From: Utricularia gibba | Lineage: Eukaryota > Plantae > Magnoliophyta | Direction: 5' to 3' | NCBI GenBank assembly: GCA_002189035.1 | Contig: NEEC01000008.1 | Location: forward strand, 434,001 to 498,000 | Length of the DNA: 64,000 nt | Shown: positions 40,352 through 53,000 of the stretch, in pieces | Numbering within the stretch: the stretch's first letter is position 1 | Layout of the letters: every line of letters starts with the position of its first letter | Program-made: the position numbers and the translations under genes | The notes under the pieces: generated by a model | The model's database searches: none | Seen by the model: the letters and a program-made list of their open reading frames with translations, nothing else | What the model was told of the DNA's origin: nothing

Positions 40352-42427
40352 TTAGGAGTCTTCAACTTCATCTTCACTTGAACTTGAGGATAAGGTTTGA
40401 TTTCTTTTCACAGCCTCCAGCCAATCCTTTAGACAAATGCATGCCTCTACGTTCAATTTGGAGCGCTTGTGATTAAGAACTCGTCCCCCTGTACTAAACG
40501 CACTTTCGGATGCCACTATAGATGCTGAAGGTGTTAGAAGATCTTTGACCATTCTAACCAAGATAGGGTAAGTAGTAGAATTTGTCTTCCACCAACCCAA
40601 TATATCAAAGTTGTCATCATCAACACTCTCAACAATAGGAGTATTATTGTAAAGTGTTTGAAGATGATGAAGAGGAGGACACAAATGAACTATGCTTCCT
40701 ACGAATAATGTCCATTGGATTGCGACTAACAAATGTCGAATTGTTACATGCTTTAGGAATAGGAACACTAGGATCCCTATATTTAGACGCATAAAGGGAA
40801 TACATGGCACGTAGAACATTATTGGCAACAACATCTATTTCTTCACAATTTTTAATGGAAAAAGCAACATCATCCACACTAAATGATTCTGAAATACATT
40901 CAAGTAATGTTTTCAGACTTAACCCGGGGATCCAAAATAGGTGCAACAAGAAACAAATGTGGGACTTCATCAAAATATTTCAAAAAATTATTTTTCATCT
41001 TTCGCACTACATCTCCCAAAAAATCACAATCACTTTGATGGTCATAAAAAGCAAACAAAATTTTACAAATACATGAAAGCACAAGTTGAGAAGTTGGGTA
41101 GTAAATACCACTCAAAATCTTAGTACAAGAATAAAGTATTTCTAATAAATTTACTAAACCTCTTATTTTTTCAAAAATAGAATGAGTCAAGAAATTGTAG
41201 CCCGTGACTGATTCACAAAATTCAATAAGAACATGTTGATAAGGAATCAAAAGTTGTAACATATCATATGTAGAATTCCATCAAGTTGGACAATCACTTT
41301 TAAATTTACGATAAGAGATGTTCATTTCTTGACAAATCCTTTTAAAATCATCTCTTCCATTAGGGATAGTTCTAATCATACTAATTAAATTACGAATAGG
41401 AGTTAAAAAATTTCACATTCTTTCAAACCATTTTGAACACACAAATTTAATATATGACAAGTGCACCTAGTGTGGAAAAAAATGCTATTTAACATATGAT
41501 TCATGCTATTTTTCAAAATGTCTATAGCATTTGTATTTGCAGAGTCATTATCCAAAGAAATAGAAAAAATCCTATCAGATATTCCATAAAATGCTATGAC
41601 CTTTTCAATGATTTTAGCAATAGAAAAACCATTATGTGGTGATGGCCATTCTTGAAAAACTAAAATTCGTTTTTGCATACACCAAGAATTATCTACCCAT
41701 GAACATGTAATAACAATATAACTCTCATTGTTACAACCTTTCCAACCATCACAAGTCAAACAAAAATTACAATGTAGAGATTTAAAAGTAGAAATTAAAG
41801 AGTCACGTATATTTTTAAAATCCTCAAGTGCCATATGATGTGCGGTTTTCCTAGAAAAATTTTTGTATCCCAGTTGAACTTGTTTCAACATATCATTAAA
41901 AGAAGGTTTTTCAACTAATGAAAAAGGAAGTTCATTAAGTATCGAATAACGCACCACATTTACTTGAAAAAGTTTATAATTAAAAACAAAATTAGATAAT
42001 CCCACACTATTGTCACCCCCTAAACATAATCTCGTTTGACGAAACTGAGGTAATTTATCATTATGCTTCTCCCTAACATGCCTCTTATATGTACCGGTTC
42101 CCAACCCTTTTTGAAAGTGTACTCTTTACCACAATGTTTGCAAGAAATTTTTTCGGGATTACAAAAAACAAAATGTTCTCGAATATCTAGAGAATCATTA
42201 CTAGTGTTTTTCGATCTTTAACGACAAAGGAGACTCGATGAGGTAGAAGAACCCACTTCTTGAGGACTAGAAAAATCATCTTGTTCGGGTAAAGGACCAC
42301 ATGCAAGCTCTTGTAAAAATTGAAGGTCTTCCCCAAAAGAAAATTCTCTATCATTTTAAAAAACGCAAGGTATAGTAGAATCAGCTTGAGAAGCTTGAGA
42401 AGAATTTTGCAAACCAGACCCCTCCAT
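40352..42427 (-). pseudogene. hAT-superfamily transposase (BED finger, DDE core, dimerization domain), decayed
   Basis: SCKHCGK...GTGTYKRHVREKH (zf-BED); CLTCDGW, SLDNDSAN, TRCTCHILNL, APILDPRVK; WWKTNSTTYPILVRMVKDLLTPSASIVASESAFSTGGRVL (Dimer_Tnp_hAT). Several stops and frameshifts. Confidence 0.93.
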
Positions 42428-43175
42428 TCTGTAAAAAATAAAAAAACCTATTACCCTATAGGCTTCACCAATGTCGTCCAAGTGGAATTCTGAAACTTGA
42501 CACTTGAGAGTACCTCCAATCACGTAGAAGTTGAAATAGAATTATTTCTAGTAATGAGTGATGAGACAATAAGAGAAAGTAGTGGAAAACTATAAGATAA
42601 CCATATCATATATATAGACAAATTTTATTAATAAATTAATAGCAACGATTACTTTCAAAACCATGTGCAACTCCACAGTCTGCACAGTCACAAATGCATG
42701 TACTAGCCGTTGAAATAAAAATATACATAACAAATATATTTTAAATAAAAATTTCAGATATGATGCTGCCACACGAGTCTTCACATGAACATTTTAAATA
42801 TATACTTATTTTAAATATACATTGCGTTACCAATATGGATACATTAGTTTGGCAATGCATAACTAGTTATTGAGAAAAAATATATAGATAGTGAAATGTT
42901 AAAATATTTTGTGAATTATTGTTATTCTGTTTTAGCATATAAATCTATTAAGTTATAGTTCAATAAACAAGTGAACTTAATATATGTCTACATAAAAATT
43001 AATAATTTATTTTTATGTGAATAATATAAAACATATATTTCATTCTCGAATAATCACATAAATTGGAATTTTTTAAATATTAATTTTTGTTTTACTAATC
43101 TGTTTTACAACAAAAAACAACGTTCAACATAAACTTTGATTTATGTATTTAAATTTATGTATTGAATTATTTTAT

Positions 43176-43470
43176 ATTAACGCTACCTACGAAAGTAGTA
43201 ATTTGGTAGGAGTCGAATACACAAATATGTTGGACTCCTACCACATGACTTATTTCGTAGGTGCCATTAATGTGGGACATACACAGGCGTGGTTTATGCA
43301 TAACCTATGTCCGTGTGTTGGATTTCTACCAAATTACTTATTTCATACGTAGCGTTAATACAAGATACACATGGGCATCGTTTATGTATAATCCGCGTTC
43401 GTGTATTGGACTCTTATCAAATTACTTATTTCATAGGTAGCGTTAATGTGGGTACACATGGGCGTGGTTC
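43176..43470. repeat. 88-bp tandem repeat (about 2.7 copies) preceded by an inverted partial copy
   Basis: Units start TTGGA at 43230, 43318 and 43406. 43176-43222 is the reverse complement of the unit core. A further copy of the core lies at 29501-29533. Confidence 0.85.
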
Positions 43471-43849
43471 AAAGAAGACAATGAATACTCCATCTCAAAA
43501 GCCATGGATGTATATTGCCATTTGTGAACAAAAGAAATCAACAAGATGAAAAATAAGTGTATGTAATTTAAAAGAGTGTGTCGTGAGGGTATTGAGACCA
43601 TTTTCTAGGCACTCACATTTGTCGTGAGTGTGTTTGGGAAGGGGTGTTTATTAAGGGCAAAAATCGATTTAGACCCCATCAGTGCTTGATAAGATTTTTC
43701 AGGCACCCACTTCCTTTGTATGTGTGCCTAAAAAAATTTAAAAAAATAATATACATTTTTTTATTTTAATTTTAAATTTTAAAATTTTAAAATTTTTAAA
43801 ATTGTTTTTAATTTATTTTTAATTGTTTTAATTTTTTTTTTAAATCCAA

Positions 43850-44023
43850 ACCGCACGGTTTACGGTTCGGAACCGTGAACATTACGGTTCACACACGGGT
43901 TGGAACCGTCGGTTCCACGGTTCCAATTATGCCGAACCGAACCGAAACCGTACGGACATCCATCCGTTGAAACCGACTGTTTCGGTTCGAACCACGGTTC
44001 CGGTTCAATCGAACCCACCTCTA
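43850..44023. repeat. hAT-type subterminal AACCG/CGGTT repeats and terminal inverted repeat
   Basis: Dense AACCG/CGGTT pentamers ending ...GAACCCACCTCTA (TAGAGGTG on the minus strand), resembling Ac-like hAT ends. Confidence 0.8.
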
Positions 44024-45045
44024 GACTGATCCCTTACATTCTATGTAGGTGGTGAGTCAGGTAGTAGCACGGGCAAGGATGCGATATGATTGGGCGAGGA
44101 ACACTATAGCGCTAGTAGTATGTAGTGTAACTATGGCGTGCATGTGTTGTGGGCTGATGTACCACCATTTTGTGACAGTTCTCATGATGGTATTAGTATC
44201 TTATCGCTATATTTCATCATTTTCTCACCACATTTCCGCCACCCCATCACCATCTCCTCGCCATGGGGCACATGGAACCCTAAAGGGGTCCTGGTGTCAT
44301 TCGAAAGCATCCTCCCTATTATATATGTTGAATATACTAAATTATAGATAACGACACTAGACATAAAAATATTGAAAAAAACTACATTTTTTTGCTAAAG
44401 ACAGAAGATGTCCTATGATGGGGTCCGGCACCTCCAACAGCACCTCCCCCCTATGATTGTAGAACATTTCAAAACTTGTGTAATGGTAGTAGACATCAAT
44501 CTATCAAAAAAAAGTAATGTTTTTTAGGAAGTCTTGGGTAAGTTCCTTACATGTCACGTCCTTGTCGTGTCCGAGCACCTCCACGAGCCATGCCTCCGCC
44601 AAAGAGTCTTGTCCTACAGCCCCCTTCCCTGTGACGATTCGTAGCGACACCCTGATCGGGCAAACCATCACCACATGCATGCTGGTAGCATGATCGCAGC
44701 ATCACTCTCTGCACCCAAGGCATCCCATACAATGCATCCTATGCACATGCCTAGTGTAGCCTCGCCCACATGTGGTGTTCGTTCCTGCCAAGTGTGTCCA
44801 TGACCGGGGTTTTGGGCATAGAGGTTAGCATGGCACAAAAACCAGCCTTTGTTCATACTTAGCAAAATGTCAAGTTCAAATAAGAAGAAAAAAAGGGAAA
44901 ATAAGCAAATCTTGTAAGGTTCATGTGAAGCGCCCCAAGAACTACCCTGACCACCATCACTCAGCCGTCCCATCCTCAATATAAGCCACACTTATCCTAT
45001 CCATGCTCTCATTCCCGAATGCCCCTACAAGATATGTAAGGGGTT

Positions 45046-45984
45046 CAGCTGCATGCGAAAGTTGGAAAGGCGGTGAAACACGAAAAAGGCATTACAATTC
45101 AGCTGCGTGCAAAACTTAACACTTTTTCTTTTCTTTTGAGGTGAAGGGCGAACAGAAGATTCTGGAACCGGATCAGAGGGAAATGGATTTATCGAATCGG
45201 AAGTGGGAGGTGTACTAGAAATAATAGGGATATCAGGTGGAGACTGAAAGAGATGATGAAATTCTAACTCAGAACCAGAGGGGATGATGAAATCGCACCA
45301 TGCCCCCCCCCCCCCCGAATATGACCAAGGATCCCGCAAGTGGTCAATGTATCTCACGATAACATTTGGAACCGGGACTCGTATTTCACAGAGCATTCGT
45401 TGAGCCTCCGATACACATCTCTTCGAGAATCATTAGAAGGGCGAAAGCAGCCGACCTCAAAGGGACTGGGAGGCTTAATCGGGAAGTTCCATCTAGCTCC
45501 TATGAGGGGAGCAACCCAAATAAAGGAAGACCACCAATCATGATGGGTATCGGGAGGTTTAACGATGAAATCGGGATGATCTTCGAACCGGCGAAATTGA
45601 AAGTGAGCACGCCCATGCATCAGCGGCTTAGCTTTTCAAACTGCAACTTTGAAGAGTTGAAAAAAAATCCACCAAGGTCATTGCCGGATCCATACCCGCC
45701 GAGTAGAACAAGAAGGCAGTAAAGCAAAAGATTGAATTCGGGGCTAGGCAATAGAGGGGGATTATGAACATATGAAGAAATTGAACGAGTAGAGGATGGA
45801 GCGGAAATCGGAGGCCGCTTTCTAAATAGGCAATGGGGATGGGGAGATTAAAACAGGGAAGAGGCATTTCCCCAGATCCCCAAGGAATCTGACCATCCCT
45901 AGCCTGAGAAATGATATATTCTTCCGGAATCAAATATTTGGAGCGGATTGCAGGGATGCTCAGTGTGCTAGATCTTCTGCCCAT
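45046..45984 (-). pseudogene. Antisense Transposase_28 (TRP28)-like ORF of the Tat/Retand fragment, frameshifted and truncated
   Basis: RSKYLIP, ESGLRFPLHPLL, LAPNSI, PDTHHDWWSSFIWVAP; intronless; antisense to the LTR, as described for Retand elements. Confidence 0.8.
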
Positions 45985-47007
45985 TTCGTTTTCGAGAACT
46001 GAAAGGTGGAGGAAGTTGCAAAGGGGACAAACAAAGAGTAGAAACCCGTGGAGGGATTAGGATGAGAAGAAGAGGATTTCAAAAATCTAGCGGAACGTAG
46101 AACTAACCCAGGAATGCGAGAAAGATGCAGAGAAAATACGGATACTTGAAGGACTTGCAGTTTCCGATGAGTAACATGGCGGCAAACACGACGGAGCACG
46201 AATGGCGCTGAAACTTCCCAGAAGAACAAAGAAAGCAAAGGGGAGAAGTGACGGAAAAAAGGCGTATTTATAAGGGAGGTATTCGGATGGTGAAACGGCA
46301 CATCGTTTGGAGTGCCCAGAATGAGTGGGAAGAAGCGTGGCGTGCCCAGGAAGTGACGCGTGGCGAAGAAATCGTTTTGAATCAGTTTGAGACTCACCCC
46401 TGGAAGAATGATACGCTCGAAATCGGAATAGCTGGGATTCTAATTCCCCGACTTGCCCTGAAAGGGTCCATATTGGCAAATCAGAGGGGCTGAATGATGG
46501 AGTACAAATCAAATATGGTTAGATGGTCGTTGAAAAGCTGCCAAAAAATGCTCTGACAGGATCGCGCCGGCCAACAAACCGATATGTATCAGAGACACAG
46601 TCTGAAAAGTGGTTGAATTACGGCAATGCGGACGGCGATCTTCTGAAAAGAAGGATCATGATACAGGCGCAAAAAGCAACCGATAATCCTAAAATTCAGG
46701 GGCCGGTCAGTTCGACCTTTTCTATAAGTAAGAAAAATCTTGAAGAGAAAGGGGTTCGACCCTAAACCTCCCAACATGTACCTTTCTTTACCATCCCCAT
46801 CTAGTAAAGGCTTTCTCCAGCGAGCTTCGATAGCTCCGTGGTTTTTCCGTCCTCCGGCGTTTTCCACGTAAAAATCTCCGCCCACCCTTATTTTTTGTTG
46901 ATCAAATCGAACAAATTGCAAAAAAGCATAACAAGGTGCGATATCTCCGGCCGCACCTATAACCCGAAAATCGGCCCCATCATGGACACCGATTTTTACC
47001 CATAACA
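45046..47007 (+). mobile_element. 3' fragment of a Tat/Retand-type element (antisense TRP28 ORF, PPT, 3' LTR) inside the Tekay LTR
   Basis: LTR 46495-47007 (TGATGG...CATAACA) preceded by purine-rich AGAGGGGCTGAA; homologous to the solo LTR at 11798-12313. Host LTR similarity stops at 45045 and resumes at 47008. Confidence 0.8.
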
Positions 47008-50000
47008 TCGTGCAAAGCATGTTGCCTTTGGGTTGGGTGGCCATCTCCCCTTCTTGCCCCTTGATTGCATTGATCACACATCCCTTGATTCACTATGCCC
47101 TTGATCTATGCCGTTAACACAATGGAACACCCATATTAGCCTCTAAACCATATGGAGATCCCCTTACTGAATCGAAGCACCTTCTTCCTCCCCTTGGTTC
47201 CTATTATAGATATTTCCATATCTCCAAGATTTGATATCTCCTTGGATTAGGAAACTTCCCTTTGACCGTATCTTTCCATATCTCACCACCTTTCGCACAC
47301 CATGCATGCTGCAATTGTGTCTTGCACATGTTGCAAGCATGTCTTGTTTGCGCGTGATGTGAGCTTGTGTACGCACATGCTGTGCGTGTGCTATCCCTGT
47401 CTCATGCGTGTGCACGTGCACCCCCACTAGTCTCTATGTGTGCGATGCTCCATCATTCTCCCGCTAGCCTCTGCGCACGCGGTACCTCCTCTGTTTGCCC
47501 ACTAGTCTCTATGCGCACATGCTTCCCTATTCATCTGCTAGCCTTTGAGTGCTGCGCATGTTGTTCGCACGCTCTCTCGCCAGCCTCACTTACCATGCTA
47601 CTCATACGATATCTCGTCTATGTGCTATCTCGACAGCCTCTGCCACTCTTGGTACTCACACAATATTCGCGCCCCTGTGCTAGCCTCTACTACCGGGCTA
47701 CTCATGCACACCTCCGCGCTAGCCCTTGCTGCGTGCGTGCCCTCCGTGCACGCCACACATCGGTCTCTCGTGCCAGCACTACGCACCACATACTCCATTT
47801 TAATTCATCTCCAGCATCCCTCGATCAAACCATTATATTCCATTCAAACACATATAAACCAAGTAAGATCGAGGAAAAGCATCGGTACCTTATGTCGGGA
47901 TTGTCATAAACTCCCCTTTTTTATAGAAGTTTCATCCTCGAAACTTTGCCATCCATGATCGTCAAATACTTAGCTTGCATAGCCATCTCCTTCTCCTAAG
48001 TGGATTCCTCAACTCCACGCCTCATCCATTGCACTTTTACCCACCATATCGGCTTCCGATTTACCATGGTCACCTTTCGATCTAGGATCCTCAAGAGCTT
48101 TTTCTTGTAAGTCAAGTTCTCAAGTCATTTGTCCTGATCTCCATATCTAGCAAGGGAAGGTGTCTCATGAGTTATGAGATGTGGAACACATCATGCATCG
48201 CCCCCATTCTCGAGGGTAGGGCGAGTCAATAGGCCACCTCCCCTACTTGTGCTGTCACCTCTTATGGTTCAATGTACCCTGATCCTAAGTTGTCAAACTT
48301 CCCTTGACATATGACCTCTTTTCATGGAGAGACCTTGAGGTATGTCTTGTCCTCTACCTAGACTCGAGTGGTCATCAATGTTGATCCACCCAACTCTTTT
48401 GTAGATCCTAAGCCACCTTCACCCTTTCCTGGATCATCCTGACATTTTGCTCAACATCTTACACTAGGTCTGGTCCCAATATTTTCCTTTCGCTCACCTC
48501 ATTCCAATTTAGTGGTACGCGGCATCGTCGCCCATAGAGTGCCTTGAATGGTGCCATGCCTAGACTCGCTTGGTAACCATTGTTGTATGTGAACTCCGCC
48601 AGGTATATGTGTTCGTCCCATCCCCCCTGCAATTCTAGTGCGCAAGCTCATAGTAAGTCCTCCAGTACTTGTATGGTCCTCTTTGATTGTCCATCCATTT
48701 AAGGGTGGAAAGCAATGCTCATGAGCAGCTTTGTTCCTAATTCCCCTTGCAATGCTCTCTAGCAGTAGAATGTGAACTTGGCATCTCGGTCAAATACTAT
48801 GGTCGTTGGTATGTCGTGTAGGCACACAATCTCCCACAGATATACCTTGGCGAAAACATTCACACCCGAGTCCATGATGCATTTAGACCGTCATTGATCT
48901 TTGGCAACCATGCGACAAAATCCATTGTCACATCCTCCCACTTCAACATGTGTATATCTAGTGGTTGCAAGTTACCTATAGATTGCTAGTGTTCTGCTTT
49001 AGTTTGCTGGCATACTTGGCATTATGTTGTTCATTCCACAATAGAGAACCTTAGGCATGACCACCATAAGCTCTTCTTGATGTCCTGATTCATTTTCGTA
49101 TTGCTTGGGCGAATGGTTAGAGGTGAGTGATGCGCCTCCCCCAGGATTTCTTCTCTCAGACCATCCCTTGCTGGTACCCGTACTCGCCCGCGTACACAAA
49201 TAGTCCCATCTTCGCATAGGCTATATGGTCCGACCCCTTTCTCTACATCATCCTATTGTACTTCCCCTGAGTTATCCTCACCTTACACGATGCATATCTG
49301 TTCTAATAAGTTTGTAGTTAACCTAAGCATAGCCATGTCCGTATCTATCAAAATCTCTATGTCAATTCTCTGGCTAAGTCTTTATTTACCACAGGATTGA
49401 TGAGTTCGTCTGCTACTACATTAGCCTTGCCAAGTTAGTACTTTGCCTGTAAGTCATAATCCTTGATCAGTTCCACCCTCACCTTTGTCATAGGTTCAAC
49501 AATATCTTCTGGGTGAATATTTCATTCAAGCTCTGATGATCAATAACAACTCACATCGTGCTCCATATAGGTAGTGTAGTCATACTTTTAGTGCATGCAC
49601 GATTGCCGCTAACTCCAAGTCCTACACATGTTAGTTCTTCTCGTGGGGCTTTAGTTGCCATGACGCATAAATGATCACATGTCCATCTTGCATCAATATT
49701 GCGCCAAGGCCTGTGCCACACACATCCGTATATACGGTATAATCCTTGCTTGGATGTGGCAATTGTAGCACGGGTGCAATGGTCAATTTTGCCTTGAGGT
49801 GGTTGAACACATCTTGACATTGCTCCATCCACTTGAACTTGGCATCCTTACTTATGAGACTTGTTAGAGAAGTGGCGATGTTGGAGAAGTCTTGTATAAA
49901 TCATATATAATATCCAACCAATACGGAAAAAATGCATACCTCACTCGCATTCCGTGATACCCCCCACTAGACCACTGCTTCAACATTATTTAGGTCGATC

Positions 50001-53000
50001 TCTACTGCCTTTCTGCTGATCATGTGTCCTAGTAAGGAGACACTTCCCAAGTAGAAGTCTCACTTACTCATCTTCCCATACAACTGCTTCTTGAGCATCC
50101 GCTCTAGTGTTGTCCTAAGATACATGCGATGTGTCTCATTATCAAGTGAGTATATCAAGATGTCATCGATGAAGACCACCATGAAGTCGTCGAGGTAGGG
50201 CTGGAACACCCTATTCATCAAGTCCATGAATACCACAAGTGCATTGGTGAGGCAGAATGGTAGCACCACAAACTCATAGTGTCTATAGTATGTTCGGAAT
50301 GCGGTCTTTGCGATGTCTTTTTCCCTAATTTTCAGCTGATGATACATAGACCTTAGATCTATCTTCAAGAATACCATCACCTCCTTCAGATGGTCAAATA
50401 GGTCTTCGATGAGGAAGAAGATACTTGTTCTTGATGATGATCTTGATGAGCTCCCTATAATTCATGCATAGCCTCATGGTGATGTTCTTCTTTTGCAAAA
50501 TAGTACCGTTGTGCCCCATGGTGAATGACTAGGTCGCATGAACCCTTTTTTCAATAGCTTGTCTAGTTGCTTCCGAAGTTCCTTAAGTTCGGTAGTGGCC
50601 GAGCGGTAGGGCACCTTAGAGATGGGCATGGCCCCCTCAGCTAGTTCTATTCCCAACTCCAGTGCGTCCAATATGCTCCCTAGTAGTTTGTTGGGGAATA
50701 TATCCCATATTCCTCTAGTAAGTTCTTGATCCGTCCTCTTACGAATTCCCCTCTCTATCCAGGCACAAACCCTCGCATGCCTCATACTTCCACTACGTTC
50801 CATTCTCTTCTTGCCACCCAATACTCCGTGTACCGCATCCGATGTATGCGAAGTATGCTTAGCCAATCCATCTCGAGTATCACGTTGAATTTTTCCATAT
50901 ACATGACTATCAAATTTTCCTTCGTCATTGTTTCCTCCATACTCAGTGTAACTCTTGCACATAGCTCTATCATGGCTAGCTCACCCTCTCATAGAGTTCG
51001 TACCCTATACATGTTGTCATGTCTGAGTGTGTGGCACCACAACCAAACAAGACCCAAATATTGTGCGAGTTGATGATGAAAGTACCTAAAGTGATGTTAA
51101 TCTTGTTCTGCACCGTCTTTGGAGAGATGGAATACTCTTGGCTAGCTTGTGCAAGTGGTGCACGGCACAGCCAGAATTCCGTTTTTCTCCACTCCCTCTA
51201 TCTTCTTTGGGCATTCTTGTGTGAAGTGTCCCTTCTCCCCACATTGAAATCACCCGCCTATCAATAGGTGGAATTCTCTTGACTGCGCCCTTCCACAAGT
51301 CTTGCATTCTACACGTTTGATCACGTTAGGTTCGCTCGGGCTGGGGTTCGCCTTGTGTGTGCCATCTATGCTCCTTTTCCTTAATACCATGTACCTTCTT
51401 TGAAGTTCTGTTTCCACTGTGACTGTTGTTGCGACCAAATCTGCCAATCAGTGTTCTCATGTTGACATTACCCTATCTTGTATGTGAGGTATTAGTCCCC
51501 GACGGAACTACAACATCTTCAGTATCTTGCTTACCGCGATGCCTAGGTCATAAAAAAGTAGCTTCTGAAACTGTCTATGGTATTCATGGACACTCTTCTC
51601 AAGTTTCTATCTGATGATGTCAAACTCTATGATCTTCTGCAAGATCACTTCCTCTGGTACATAGTGCTCATTGAAGATTGCCTAAATTTGCCCCAATCCA
51701 TGTCACCCATCTATGTAGGGTGCTGACGCTTCCACCAGCATCCTCAATTAGGAAGAGGCCCATGAGTGATGCCCTCCCAAGAACATTCTTTACTCGATAT
51801 CTATCAGCCATGTTTCTGCTTGTTCAGCCGTGCCTCCCTCAAAAGTGAGAACCTTGGACTTCTTGAGTTTCTAGCAGTGCTCGCGCACCCGCTCCTCAAT
51901 TGATAGAGGTCTAGTGGTGGGATTTTGTGCCCCTCATTAATAACGATGCCCAATATCTTAGCGAAATTTTCCATAGTGTCGGCTCCTTTAATCAGTGCTT
52001 GATTAAGGGGCGTTGTTCACGCCCCTTGGTTCTTGATTTCCTCCTTATATTGAGCTAGCCCTAGTCCTAATACTCTTGCTTGCACACATTCTCTTGTTAG
52101 TTCTTGTTAGTTGACTCGTTACCTTTACCTTGCAGATGGCGTGGATGATACGAGTAATGGTTTATCCTTCCTATGTGGCATGCTATGAACCTCACTTTGA
52201 TTCCATCTATGACGATCAATGGCAACCCCCTAGTCAGGCAAACCATCATCGCGAGTGTGCTGGTAGCATGATCGTAGCAACACTCTCCACCCGCAGGGCA
52301 TCTTGTGCTGTGCATCCTACGCACACGCCTACTGCAGCCTCGCCCGCATGCAGTGTTTGTTCTTGCCAAGTGTGTCCACGCGCGGGGTTTTGGGCGTAGA
52401 GGTTAGCGTGGCACAAAAACCAGCCTTTATTCATACTTAGCAAAATGTCAAGTCCAAACAAGAAGGAAAAAAGGGAAAATAAGCAAATTGTGTAAGGTTC
52501 ATGTGAAGTGCTCCAAGTACTACCTTGACCACCATTACTCGATCACCCATCCTCACCATACGCCAAGCCTACCCTATCAATGATCTCATTCCCGAATGTC
52601 CCTACAAGATATGTAAAGGGTTAGTCTCGGAGGATACTTGACCTTGACCATATAGGCATATAAAGAAGAAGAAACAAGTAATCTGCATGACATCCAATGG
52701 TGGTCCTAAGACCCCTCCCTTGACCCTTGATCGATCGACGCCCCTTGATCAAATTCGAAGGTCCTCTCTTGATGATCTTTTGATCCCTATATGCACGAAG
52801 GCCCCTTGAATGGTGCAGTTCCCATGCAAAGCACGATGCCTTTGGATTGGGATGGCCATCTCTCCTTCTTGCCCCTTGATTACATTGATCATACATCCCT
52901 TGATTCACTATGCCCTTGATCTATGTCGTTGACATGACGGAACACCCATATTAGCCTCTAAACCATATGGAGATCTCCTTACCAGATCGAAGCACCTTCT

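Larger units (their letters stand above)
28842..44023 (-). mobile_element. Large composite element with hAT-like ends, containing a hAT transposase, two TRP28-domain genes and a nested copia
   Basis: Left end TAGGCATGAGGATCGAAACCG with AACCG repeats. Right end AACCG/CGGTT-rich (43850-44010), finishing CCACCTCTA. Both arms share two further motif families (see repeat features). No matching 8-bp TSD (TTACGAGC vs GACTGATC), so the single-element reading is an inference. Confidence 0.55.

Noticed and set aside
42429-42454. 5' UTR intron of the hAT transposase using the donor at 42454
   Set aside because: It would be only 26 nt, too short for a plant intron. Only the acceptor-like site is reported.
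43176-43470. CRISPR-like or satellite interpretation of the 88-bp repeats
   Set aside because: Eukaryotic context, whole units repeat with no unique spacers, no cas genes, and under three copies.
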